Source of the DNA: a virus
Taxonomy: Duplodnaviria; Heunggongvirae; Uroviricota; Caudoviricetes
Length of the DNA stretch: 64,000 bases
Reading direction: 5' to 3' (one strand)
IMG/VR virus record: IMGVR_UViG_3300032167_002310
In this document: piece by piece, positions 10,201-18,517 of the stretch
Layout of the letters: the number at the start of each line of letters is the position of its first letter
Numbering within the stretch: the stretch's first letter is position 1
Program-made: the position numbers and the translations under genes
The notes under the pieces: model-generated
The model's input: the letters and a program-made list of their open reading frames with translations, nothing else
Databases searched by the model: none
Told to the model about the DNA's origin: nothing

Positions 10201-10391
10201 AGTATCGACCTCTTTCTTTTTTCTTTCTTTCTTTATCTTACATATATATTATAACATATTTTTTATAAAAAATCAAAGAAGCCTACTGGTGACCAGCAGG
10301 CTTCCTTATATTATCTATCATAAAATATGCCTACAACGAGGCAAACAATGTATATGCCTATGATTAGGCAACTGAAAAACGCTCTCATATG

Positions 10392-10664
10392 TTACTCCTG
10401 GTTGCAAAACGGGCAATTCTTACCATACTCAAACAGTGCATATGTGCCCTCGCTCAGATAAACATTGCCAAACTCTTCGGTATGCAGCTCGATGCCTCGC
10501 TCATTATCGTGCCAGCTCTTGATAGTGGCACAATAGCCATCAACGCCGTCGCTCACATGGACGTGGGTGAAGTTGTAGTTACCGAAACCCCAGTTCTCAT
10601 TACCGCAGGCCGTCAAACCCAGAACCATCACCAGCACCAAAACAATCGCAAAAATTTTCTTCAT
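10392..10664 (-). CDS. lipoprotein
   Basis: MKK + hydrophobic stretch + LTAC lipobox. Confidence 0.8.
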   Translation of the reverse strand: MKKIFAIVLVLVMVLGLTACGNENWGFGNYNFTHVHVSDGVDGYCATIKSWHDNERGIELHTEEFGNVYLSEGTYALFEYGKNCPFCNQE

Positions 10665-10682
10665 ATTCCCTATCTCCTTTTC

Positions 10683-11399
10683 TTAGTTGAGGACCATGCA
10701 ACGAGTAAGCACGGTCTGCTTTTCGTTTTTATAGACCTTGTGGTCTTTAATCGTACCTCGCAGAGTATACTCGTTACCCTCTACGAGCTGCTTAGCAGAA
10801 GTGGTCCACATGATGACATTACCCTCGTAGTCATGCATCACATGCATCGTGGAACGACCATAGTAGCCATTCATTTCGATTGCTTTCTCAACCGTAACAA
10901 CCACTTCGATTCGGTCGCCGATATTGCCAATGAACTCGGAATCAGAAGGCTCATACAGGAACTGAGCACACCATTCCTTAACCGCAGTTTCATTTTTCAG
11001 GCAAATCTGATCCTCGGCGCAGACATCAGACCAACGAATTTCGATAGGGTCAATGCCAATAGGAATATCCTTAGGCAGCTCTTCAGTAGAAGGGCAATAC
11101 CAACCGAAAATCTTATTGTATTTGCAAACAGAGGCACGGAACCATTCCAGAGCCGCATAAGTATCGCCCTTGAAGATATGAATGAAGCCATTGGCAAAGC
11201 CGAGAGCTTCCTTTTCAGTCTTAGGCTTAGCACGCTCAGTAGGAGCTTCACCATACATCTTGGCATATTCAGCATCGCTATACCAACGAACCTGGCGGGT
11301 GCCGCCCTTGACAGTTTCCACTTTTACATACATTTTTCCGTTTACCGCATAAGGCTGACCCAGCTGTTTCAGACCCTGATAGCTCTTTGCTACTGCCAT
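10683..11399 (-). CDS. phage protein with C-terminal OB-fold-like domain
   Basis: C-terminal beta-rich pattern FIGNIGDRIE...LRGTIKDHKVYKNEKQTVLTRC. Confidence 0.55.
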   Translation of the reverse strand: MAVAKSYQGLKQLGQPYAVNGKMYVKVETVKGGTRQVRWYSDAEYAKMYGEAPTERAKPKTEKEALGFANGFIHIFKGDTYAALEWFRASVCKYNKIFGWYCPSTEELPKDIPIGIDPIEIRWSDVCAEDQICLKNETAVKEWCAQFLYEPSDSEFIGNIGDRIEVVVTVEKAIEMNGYYGRSTMHVMHDYEGNVIMWTTSAKQLVEGNEYTLRGTIKDHKVYKNEKQTVLTRCMVLN

Positions 11400-11508
11400 A
11401 GTATCGACCTCTCTTTTCTTAATTTCTTTTCTTACTTTATATATATATTATAACATATTTTTTTATAAAAATCAAAGAAGCCCTTGTGTCTCCACAGGGC
11501 TTCATATA

Positions 11509-11775
11509 TTAGTAGCCGCATTCCTCTCGGAAGGTCTCGTACGAAATCTCCTCGAAGCCATAGCCGCACTCTTCAAGGTATTCCTCTTCATCCATGCCGC
11601 AAGAAGTATCCCACCATTCAGCTGCATTATCTTCTGTCAGCTCCTGAGCGAACTTGTGCATATTAGCTTCACTTGTGCCGCTGTAATATGCGATTTTATC
11701 CTCACCGCAGAACGGCGTATAGGCAGTTATCCTCCAGTATCGCTTAACCGAGGATGCCGCAGTCGTGTCGGTCAT
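11509..11775 (-). CDS. small acidic protein
   Basis: Start at MTDTT after GGAGGT; D/E-rich. Confidence 0.7.
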   Translation of the reverse strand: MTDTTAASSVKRYWRITAYTPFCGEDKIAYYSGTSEANMHKFAQELTEDNAAEWWDTSCGMDEEEYLEECGYGFEEISYETFREECGY

Positions 11776-11977
11776 ATCCGAATACCTCCTTGAATGCTTC
11801 ATCTACGCTGGCCCACATCTTATCATAATCCTCATCTTCATCACCGTGTTCAGGATACAGCTCGAAGAACAGAGTATCAGAAAAGTAATCCTTATCAATC
11901 GCAGTATTCACCGCGTCGGCGAAAGCCAATTTCCATTTTTCAATCGGAATTCCTCCGACAACTTTACCATGCGACAT
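11744..11977 (-). CDS. small acidic protein
   Basis: ATG 8 nt after GGAGGT RBS. Confidence 0.7.
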   Translation of the reverse strand: MSHGKVVGGIPIEKWKLAFADAVNTAIDKDYFSDTLFFELYPEHGDEDEDYDKMWASVDEAFKEVFGYDRHDCGILG

Positions 11978-12251
11978 TGACAATTACCTCCTTATATCTG
12001 GGGAAAGTATCAGCCAGAAAGCTGATGATGCAGTTTTCCAGACGAATGTGCTCTTCGTTCTGCCAAGAAGCGCCGGTGTATTCAACGGGACCATCTTCCC
12101 AACTGTAACGCTTATACACATCGTTCATATACTGGTCGCCAAACATAATCTGGCGCAAATCGCAGACACGGAAATCATTTCCATAATGAGAAACCATCGC
12201 GTCCTGCAGGTCATAAATATCAATTATCGGCAGAATCTCGTACTTCATCAT
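11964..12251 (-). CDS. hypothetical protein
   Basis: 95 aa ORF; AAGGAG RBS. Confidence 0.7.
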   Translation of the reverse strand: MMKYEILPIIDIYDLQDAMVSHYGNDFRVCDLRQIMFGDQYMNDVYKRYSWEDGPVEYTGASWQNEEHIRLENCIISFLADTFPRYKEVIVNVAW

Positions 12252-12444
12252 TTTCCTTCTCCTTCAGTTCGTCGATAGCCTGTTGCAGGAAATAACCTGC
12301 GTATCTGCGACCCTCGGGGTCACTATTGCCGTCATATACCAGCTGAACCAACTCAATGTGTTCGCAGGTATCATATGCGGGGTGGTCGCGCATGAACTTG
12401 CAAGCCTTGCGGAAGGCAAGCTCAATTACCTTATTTCTGTCCAA
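12220..12444 (-). CDS. hypothetical protein
   Basis: TTG start after GGAGGT RBS within ORF-track ORF 12220-12540. Confidence 0.6.
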   Translation of the reverse strand: MDRNKVIELAFRKACKFMRDHPAYDTCEHIELVQLVYDGNSDPEGRRYAGYFLQQAIDELKEKENDEVRDSADN

Positions 12445-13009
12445 TTTTCTTACCTCCACGCTTTTTCTTTCTCTTGGTTGCTTGGTCGATAGTCTGGCGG
12501 TGGATAGACTCAGTCTTGCTGAGAATACCAGTCTTTGCAAGCAGGTTGTTCATATGAACAGGCTTGTAACCGATAACATCGGCACAGACATTGAGATGAC
12601 CCTCTCTCTTGGTACCCTTGTGGTCGTGACCGTGAATGTTGAACGCCCAAGGAATTTCCACAGGCTCGTGAGAGAGCAACAGCTTCTCACCAATCATCAG
12701 AGGACCAGAGTAAACCTCATCGAATACTTCGTTGTAAACAGTATGACCTACATCGTGGTTGCCGCAAATGAGAACCTTGTAGCCACGAATCTGACGAGCA
12801 TATTCAATGTCGCCAATGTCACCGAGGAAGATGATGGTATCCTTACGACCAACGCAAGCGTTAATCATCTTTACCATTTCCTCGTCAGAAGGACGGTTAG
12901 GCATGCCTGCGCGCAGGTCTTCATCACCGAAGTGAGGGTCAGAATACAGCCACACGGTCTGCTTACACCATCTCTCGTTAAAAATTTCATAAACACCACT
13001 CAGAGCCAT
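12431..13009 (-). CDS. calcineurin-like metallophosphoesterase
   Basis: Motifs SDPHFG, LGDIG, GNHD, SHEP, HGHDH. Confidence 0.9.
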   Translation of the reverse strand: MALSGVYEIFNERWCKQTVWLYSDPHFGDEDLRAGMPNRPSDEEMVKMINACVGRKDTIIFLGDIGDIEYARQIRGYKVLICGNHDVGHTVYNEVFDEVYSGPLMIGEKLLLSHEPVEIPWAFNIHGHDHKGTKREGHLNVCADVIGYKPVHMNNLLAKTGILSKTESIHRQTIDQATKRKKKRGGKKIGQK

Positions 13010-13026
13010 ATTCAGACCCTCCTTTC

Positions 13027-13287
13027 TTAAATCTTAATTCCGTCTCCCTCGTCCTCTCGCAGTTCATCGAGAACAGACTTAGAAATCTGAATGATACAGC
13101 CACTGCAATCCCACTCACTCAGACGAACATCAATTACTGCGTCCTTACCGTAGTAGTCAATGACCTTGGTGATGGCATCGGGATAGCTGTCGGCGCAGAT
13201 AACGCCGCAATAAATCATTTTATCGAGCTGGTTCTCAACAACCATAGACTCTTCGTAAACACGAACTTCATACTCGAAATAACCCAT
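13027..13287 (-). CDS. hypothetical protein
   Basis: 86 aa; TAATG coupling with upstream gene. Confidence 0.7.
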   Translation of the reverse strand: MGYFEYEVRVYEESMVVENQLDKMIYCGVICADSYPDAITKVIDYYGKDAVIDVRLSEWDCSGCIIQISKSVLDELREDEGDGIKI

Positions 13288-13583
13288 TATTCAACCTCCT
13301 TAGGCTCATAACCCCAGTTCTCACACCATTCAACATACTCTTCATAGGTTGCATCGTACCAGTCGAAATCAACATAGTTCTCCAGATAGTCTTCATAGTC
13401 CTCATCAGAGTACTCTTCACCCCAACCGAAGTGAACATATGCATAGGATTCTGCGTTATCGCGAGCCCAGTCGCAAACAGTTTCGTTGATAATCGCTTCG
13501 GCGGTTCCATCTTCGAAGAAGAAAACCTCCTCAGAGTCACAGCCGCAGTAACCATTTCCACAATGAGCTAAAATAATCATCAT
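13287..13583 (-). CDS. small highly acidic protein
   Basis: 98 aa, E/D/Y/W-rich; first gene after a repeated promoter. Confidence 0.75.
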   Translation of the reverse strand: MMIILAHCGNGYCGCDSEEVFFFEDGTAEAIINETVCDWARDNAESYAYVHFGWGEEYSDEDYEDYLENYVDFDWYDATYEEYVEWCENWGYEPKEVE

Positions 13584-13695
13584 ATTATCAACCTCGCTTT
13601 TATCTCTTTCTTTATCTTACATATATATTATAACATATTTTTATAAAAAAATCAAAGAAGCTCTCTTGAATTCACCAAGAGAGCTTCCTATATCA

Positions 13696-14490
13696 TCACT
13701 TAGACTCTGAAGCCACGAGCTCGCTCGCCTTCTTCGTCATAAGGTAAACCATCATATCAGTGCCTACGCCACTGCTTCGCAGACCAAGAGCATAATCGGC
13801 AACAACTTTTCCCTTGTGTTTATATTTGAAGTCATCCCAGATTACTCTTGCAAGTACTTCAGAGATTCCGGCTTGTTCCATCAGCACTTTGTAGCGCTGG
13901 AAGTACCACTCATTCATTTCTTTTTTGTCGGCCATCCACTTGATGAAATCCAAATACTCTTCATCAGTAGTGACATAGTCCACATCGTAGAAATACTCAC
14001 GAGCCTCTGCGACAGGAACTTCCTCGATGAACTTTACCGCTTTTGCAGCCATCTTCATATAGGTCGGGCCCATATGGTACAGACTGTAGCCCCATTCCGG
14101 TCCATAGGGGTGTTCGCGCACCCACTCTTCAGCTTTTATCCATTCGCTTTTACGAATCAAAACTTCAACTCGGAAAAGGCGTCCATAATGATAAAACTGT
14201 CGCACGTACTGGGGTTTAGGGCAGAAATGAAATCCTTTAGAGCAGACATCTGGTTCTTCACCATCGGCAAGCTCGTAGGTCTGTCCAATCTCGAACTGAA
14301 ATTCTCCGTATCCACGCATATAATAGTCGGTGGCTTTCCATCCGGGAACCCAAATCCATTCGTCCCCTTCATCCTCGATAAGTTTATCAACTTGTTTCTC
14401 ATAAATCTCCTGTTGGTTCATAGTGCATGCAGCGAGCGCACGTTCTGTGTCGATCGCGCCTTGTGCCGCCTTTTTTATAAATCCGAACAT
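13696..14490 (-). CDS. phage hypothetical protein with KATD...FQFEIGQTY...CSKGFHFC domain
   Basis: 264 aa; GGAGGAG RBS; motif is familiar from other phage hypothetical proteins. Confidence 0.7.
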   Translation of the reverse strand: MFGFIKKAAQGAIDTERALAACTMNQQEIYEKQVDKLIEDEGDEWIWVPGWKATDYYMRGYGEFQFEIGQTYELADGEEPDVCSKGFHFCPKPQYVRQFYHYGRLFRVEVLIRKSEWIKAEEWVREHPYGPEWGYSLYHMGPTYMKMAAKAVKFIEEVPVAEAREYFYDVDYVTTDEEYLDFIKWMADKKEMNEWYFQRYKVLMEQAGISEVLARVIWDDFKYKHKGKVVADYALGLRSSGVGTDMMVYLMTKKASELVASESK

Positions 14491-14503
14491 CGTGCGCTCC
14501 TCC

Positions 14504-14532
14504 TTGACTTTTTGTCGAAATTTTGGTATAAT
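14504..14532 (+). promoter_or_regulatory. rightward sigmaA-type promoter antisense to surrounding genes
   Basis: TTGACT-N17-TATAAT with extended -10 TG. Confidence 0.7.
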
Positions 14533-14574
14533 ATATGTAGGAAACTTCAGAAAGGACTGAAAATCGTGACAATT

Positions 14575-15054
14575 TTACTTTGGTTTCTTTTGGTTATACT
14601 TGGCGCAAGTACCGAAATCGCGTCTCGCGCAACCTTCGCCATCCCAGCATTTGCACTCTGCCTTGCAGATTGCATCAATGCGCTCCGGGTTAACAATCTG
14701 CGTGCGGGCTCTCATATTGCCCTGTTGGATAGTCTTGATGACCGTAACCGGAATCTGTGGTTTATAAGATTCATCTGTCAGTTTACACTTGGTGAAACCG
14801 GTGCACATCACGCAGGTTCCAAACTTTTCGTTACAGGAAGGACACAGTTCAATGAACGAACCGTCTTCCGTTTGCTCCAAAATTGCGGGTCCAAGATACA
14901 TTTGGCCGCAGTACGCGCAAGTCCCAAGCTGGTCCTCAGTTGTGTGTCTTGAGCAAAAGTCTTTATCAAGGTCGATTCTCATTCGGAGAAGCTGACATAC
15001 AAGATTCTCAGGGTCGGCCAGGGCGCAAGTTCTACAAAATTTTTGAGTATTCAT
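14575..15054 (-). CDS. Cys-rich (zinc-binding) hypothetical protein
   Basis: 159 aa with multiple CxxC; AAGGAG RBS. Confidence 0.75.
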   Translation of the reverse strand: MNTQKFCRTCALADPENLVCQLLRMRIDLDKDFCSRHTTEDQLGTCAYCGQMYLGPAILEQTEDGSFIELCPSCNEKFGTCVMCTGFTKCKLTDESYKPQIPVTVIKTIQQGNMRARTQIVNPERIDAICKAECKCWDGEGCARRDFGTCAKYNQKKPK

Positions 15055-15146
15055 AGACTTGTACTCTCCTTTTATTTCTGTTAAAATTTTTCGGCATTTT
15101 TAAAGTTTGTCAATTTTTCGTGACGGAACGAAAATTGACGGCACCG

Positions 15147-15458
15147 TTAGGAAACTCTGCAATATACATATAGTGACGGATTAGGATATTTTGCTATGAT
15201 GTCGGGTATTGCAGCGAGGATTTTTGCAAAGTCTTCGAAAGGCAATGCGATTTCATCGGTATTCATCTCGTCAGACTCGCCGCAATCACAACCATACTGC
15301 TTTACACCGACAAAGTAATCTCCGCCGTAACCATAACAGTCGGTCTGAATGCCGTATTCATCTTTGATTTCGTCGGGGAGTTCATCATATCGTCCCTGCT
15401 TCAGTTTCCAACCGTAAACAACACCTGCTGAATAATCTACTGACATATTATCTACCAT
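15147..15458 (-). CDS. hypothetical protein
   Basis: 103 aa immediately downstream of a repeated promoter. Confidence 0.7.
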   Translation of the reverse strand: MVDNMSVDYSAGVVYGWKLKQGRYDELPDEIKDEYGIQTDCYGYGGDYFVGVKQYGCDCGESDEMNTDEIALPFEDFAKILAAIPDIIAKYPNPSLYVYCRVS

Positions 15459-15711
15459 CCTTTTACTTTATATATATATTATAACATATTATTTTGTAAA
15501 AATCAACTGCGGAGATTTTTGTTAAAATTTTGTACATCTTATTGAGTTGTTAAAATTTTGTACATCTCTATAATTGTTAAAAAAATGTGTTAAATTTTTA
15601 GACACCTTGATATTTTGTTAAAATTTTGTACATCTATATAAATGGGTAGATTCTGTTAACCCATTAACAACTTTGTTCATATATTATGTATGGCAAAGGA
15701 GGAATAGTTGC

Positions 15712-16326
15712 ATGCTTGAAATGAAAAGGGACTCTCGTCAGGTCCCGAAGGTAAAACAGATTTGTGCTGATAAGAGATATTATGACATTCTCTATGCTCA
15801 CCTTCAGTGCATTTCTTCTTATGACGAAAAGACTGGTGAGAGAACTGTTGGGAAGAAAGAGATTAACTTCTCAAAGTTATCTGCCATGTTTAATATGAGC
15901 CGTCAGACAGTTTCTAAGAAGTTTAACAATCTCGTAGATTTAGGGCTCGTCACGAAGAAAGACGAGAATTCGTTTTTAATTCTACCTTTGGCGAATGATA
16001 TCGCTTCACTCGTGCCATATAAGACTTTGAAACTGATTACTGATACATTAAGTGAGCACAGTATTAATACATATGTGTATCTATTTAATAGATACTATGC
16101 AACTGGTTGTAAAGCATTCCAGTTCACATTGGCTCAAGTGAAAGAGAATATTGGAATTTGTTCTACAACAAGAAGTAACGATGATACTATTACGAATATT
16201 CTTTATGTATTGGAGAAATTGGGACTGATTAAATACCATATGACTACAAAGGAACAGGACGATACTTCATTTAAGAATATCAAGACAATCTATGAATTAG
16301 AATGGCTTACGAATGAGATTTGTTAA
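15712..16326 (+). CDS. tandem winged-helix DNA-binding protein, putative replication initiator or regulator
   Basis: ATG after AGGAGG; HTH FSKLSAMFNMSRQTVSKKFNNLVDLGLV and a second wHTH FTLAQVKENIG...ILYVLEKLGLIKY; flanked by iteron-like repeats. Confidence 0.6.
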   Translation: MLEMKRDSRQVPKVKQICADKRYYDILYAHLQCISSYDEKTGERTVGKKEINFSKLSAMFNMSRQTVSKKFNNLVDLGLVTKKDENSFLILPLANDIASLVPYKTLKLITDTLSEHSINTYVYLFNRYYATGCKAFQFTLAQVKENIGICSTTRSNDDTITNILYVLEKLGLIKYHMTTKEQDDTSFKNIKTIYELEWLTNEIC

Positions 16327-16571
16327 AAATTTAGACACCTATATAAAAGTGTTAAAATTTTGTACATCTAAGCAATGTGTTAAAAATTTTCGGCAATAGT
16401 TGTTAAAAATTTTCGGCAAAATCGGCATTTTTGTTAAAAAAATAGTATCCTATTAAATAATAATAGAGAGTGGCTCAATAGTGGGGAAGGATTAAAAATC
16501 CTTCGGACCTTCGGTCCTCAGGCTTTTATAATCCTTCCTTAGCGAGCTCGTTTCGCGTGGGAGGATCGGCG

Positions 16572-16787
16572 ATGCAAGTTAAGTTTAAATGGGGAACAAA
16601 GGAACAGATTTTAGACCTTATGAAAGTAAGACCAAGTATTACTGAAGCCGAGGTATACTTTGATAAGGAAGATGGTAGCCTTTATGTTGTATCTTTCAAA
16701 AGGAAAAATGAAAATCCTGTCGGATTTTCTACAAAAACTTCGTTTGAAGATTATATATATCAACAGTTAAATGAAATTGAAAACTGA
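16572..16787 (+). CDS. hypothetical protein
   Basis: ATG after GGAGGA RBS. Confidence 0.6.
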   Translation: MQVKFKWGTKEQILDLMKVRPSITEAEVYFDKEDGSLYVVSFKRKNENPVGFSTKTSFEDYIYQQLNEIEN

Positions 16788-16801
16788 ATTGAAAAATCGG
16801 T

Positions 16802-16830
16802 TTGATTTTCAAATGAAAATATGATATAAT
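16802..16830 (+). promoter_or_regulatory. sigmaA-type promoter for 16913-17335
   Basis: TTGATT-N17-TATAAT. Confidence 0.7.
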
Positions 16831-16912
16831 ATAAGTAAAGAAATAGAAAAATGAATTGAAAATTCATTCCCATTTCGAAAAATGAAATGAAAAAAACGAA
16901 AGGAAAAATGAG

Positions 16913-17335
16913 ATGGAACATATTGGTAAGTATAAAGGATATAATGTATATAAGACTCCAAAGAGTGAGATGAAGAAAGACCAGGAAAAAGGAGTGCTTT
17001 ACGCAGTTGCTGAGACTGGTGAACTGATTCTTAATGGAGAAGTTGTTGGTAAGGTGGCGTTTGCGTCTGGCTCTGTTACTGAGTATGATGACCATCGTTG
17101 TTATGCTTATAAATATCCAGTTGAACGCGAAGCGGTCAAGACTTATAAATATGAAGATAATGTACCAGTAAGTAAGCCTGGTAGGGGTAAGCGCAGAGAA
17201 GTTGCAGTTGATGATGTGTTGAAGAGCACGGTTGTTGACCCTACAGATTTAGATAAGATGATTAATGATTTCATCATTGCCGCACGTAATATGGAGATTA
17301 CCGATTTAGTTGGTGAGTTTAAGGCCGAGGTTTAA
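16913..17335 (+). CDS. hypothetical protein
   Basis: 140 aa ORF with own promoter and downstream hairpin/U-tract. Confidence 0.75.
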   Translation: MEHIGKYKGYNVYKTPKSEMKKDQEKGVLYAVAETGELILNGEVVGKVAFASGSVTEYDDHRCYAYKYPVEREAVKTYKYEDNVPVSKPGRGKRREVAVDDVLKSTVVDPTDLDKMINDFIIAARNMEITDLVGEFKAEV

Positions 17336-17402
17336 CCCTCGGCTTTTTCTTTTGCTCTTGGTTATGAATGGTGAAAATCCAGTAAAATCCAGTGGAAGTG
17401 GT

Positions 17403-18420
17403 GGCCGATCGGCCCGCGACATGCTGATCAAAATTCCATCGTCACCGTCTTCGTTACCCTGTGCGTTTAAATTCTTAAACGCACATATAATATAAAAAGG
17501 CCCTCTCCATTTCTGGAGAGAGCCTCTTCTTTTTTGCCTCTTGGGCTATGTTCTTGTTCAGTCTACGGAGCAAATTTTTAGTCCAGTGAGGACGACTTCA
17601 CCTTAAGCCAAACCGTTGGCTTTTAGAAATGCTCCAAGCGCATCTACATTAGGCTCAATCTTGCCGCCTACAGGTGCCTTAGGAGCGTGATCTGCATGGT
17701 CCATGATACCTTTCAGCATCTTCTCAAACTCTTTGAGCTTGCGCACCTCGGCATCAAGCTGCTCGAAAGCGGCGTCAATCATTTCAACAATCTCAGCTGC
17801 ATCGATCTCCTGATCAGCGATTGCCTCGGCGACAGCAGAACCAGCGTGGAACTCGAGGATGTAATCTTTAATGAGCGCGCCAATTTCCTCAATGTACTCG
17901 GCCTTAGCCTTTGCAGTGCTTGCCTTTTCCTGCTCAGCGGCGAACTCGGCATTAGCTGCGTTGAGTGCGTCTACCAGCTCCTGGGCAATAACATCTGCGC
18001 TCTCACCAGCCTGCAGTCTGGCAAGAATATCTTTCTGATTTACCATAGGTAATTACCTCTCTTTCATATCTTATGTATATATTATACCATATTTTTTTAT
18101 AAAAATCAAATGCGGTCGGTGCGCGTCCCGATCGGCAATGACTCCTTTTTTTATATTATATCAAATTTAATTCAAAATGTCAAATTTTTCTCGGGCTGAA
18201 CACAAACTCGTGAGAAGATGTAAACGCGGCGATATGAGCCCGAAACCAGGCATTTTGAATTAAGATTTTGCGGCCAGGATGGTCATATGGTGCGAACCGA
18301 TCGGGAAAACAAGAACCGATCGGCGGCCGGGTTTTACGGGAAATTGAACGCATATGGAAGGGCCGCACTTTCCACCGAAAAAATCGCATATGGGGGTACC
18401 GATCGGAAATTCGGTACCTG
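17403..18420. repeat. palindrome island: CCGATCGG x5, GATC x9, CATATG x3, GGTACC x2
   Basis: CCGATCGG at 17405, 18128, 18297, 18316, 18399; other GATC at 17426, 17689, 17804, 17812. Confidence 0.85.
17603..18046 (-). CDS. acidic helical hypothetical protein
   Basis: 147 aa; GAGGT RBS; promoter at about 18075-18109. Confidence 0.8.
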   Translation of the reverse strand: MVNQKDILARLQAGESADVIAQELVDALNAANAEFAAEQEKASTAKAKAEYIEEIGALIKDYILEFHAGSAVAEAIADQEIDAAEIVEMIDAAFEQLDAEVRKLKEFEKMLKGIMDHADHAPKAPVGGKIEPNVDALGAFLKANGLA

Positions 18421-18517
18421 GCCTCCGTCCAGGGCCCGCTCTACCTACTATTATTATACCATACCCGGGCGCACTTGTCAAGTGTTTTTTGAAACAAAAA
18501 TAAAAAATCCGAGGTTT

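Larger units (their letters stand above)
15079..16443 (+). repeat. iteron-like direct repeats TGTTAAAATTTTGTACATCT and variants
   Basis: Exact 20-mers at 15520, 15548, 15616, 16350; ...TAGACACCT variants at 15588, 16321; ...TCGGCA variants at 15079, 16378, 16401; shorter cores at 15575, 16432; all in the same orientation. Confidence 0.9.
2871..18183 (-). promoter_or_regulatory. family of leftward class-A promoters (mostly TTGATT + AT-only spacer + TATAAT), often fused to the terminator of the upstream gene
   Basis: Copies near 2871, 3698, 6053, 7728, 7850, 10241, 11440, 13620, 15470, 18075, 18152; 52 bp identical between 7712 and 13605. Confidence 0.85.

Noticed and set aside
6217-14952. Long + strand ORFs 6217-7686, 7928-8593, 10389-11453, 12356-13030 and 13816-14952
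   Set aside because: Antisense shadows of credible minus-strand genes with C-ending codons; no RBS or protein-like motifs. Only the 14566 sub-frame has expression signals and is reported separately.
15520-15635. Clostridial Rex operators (TTGTTAA-N4-TTAACAA) as the explanation for the 15.5-16.4 kb repeats
   Set aside because: The right half-site is TTGTACA or absent, and the copies are conserved as direct repeats beyond the half-site, which fits iterons better.
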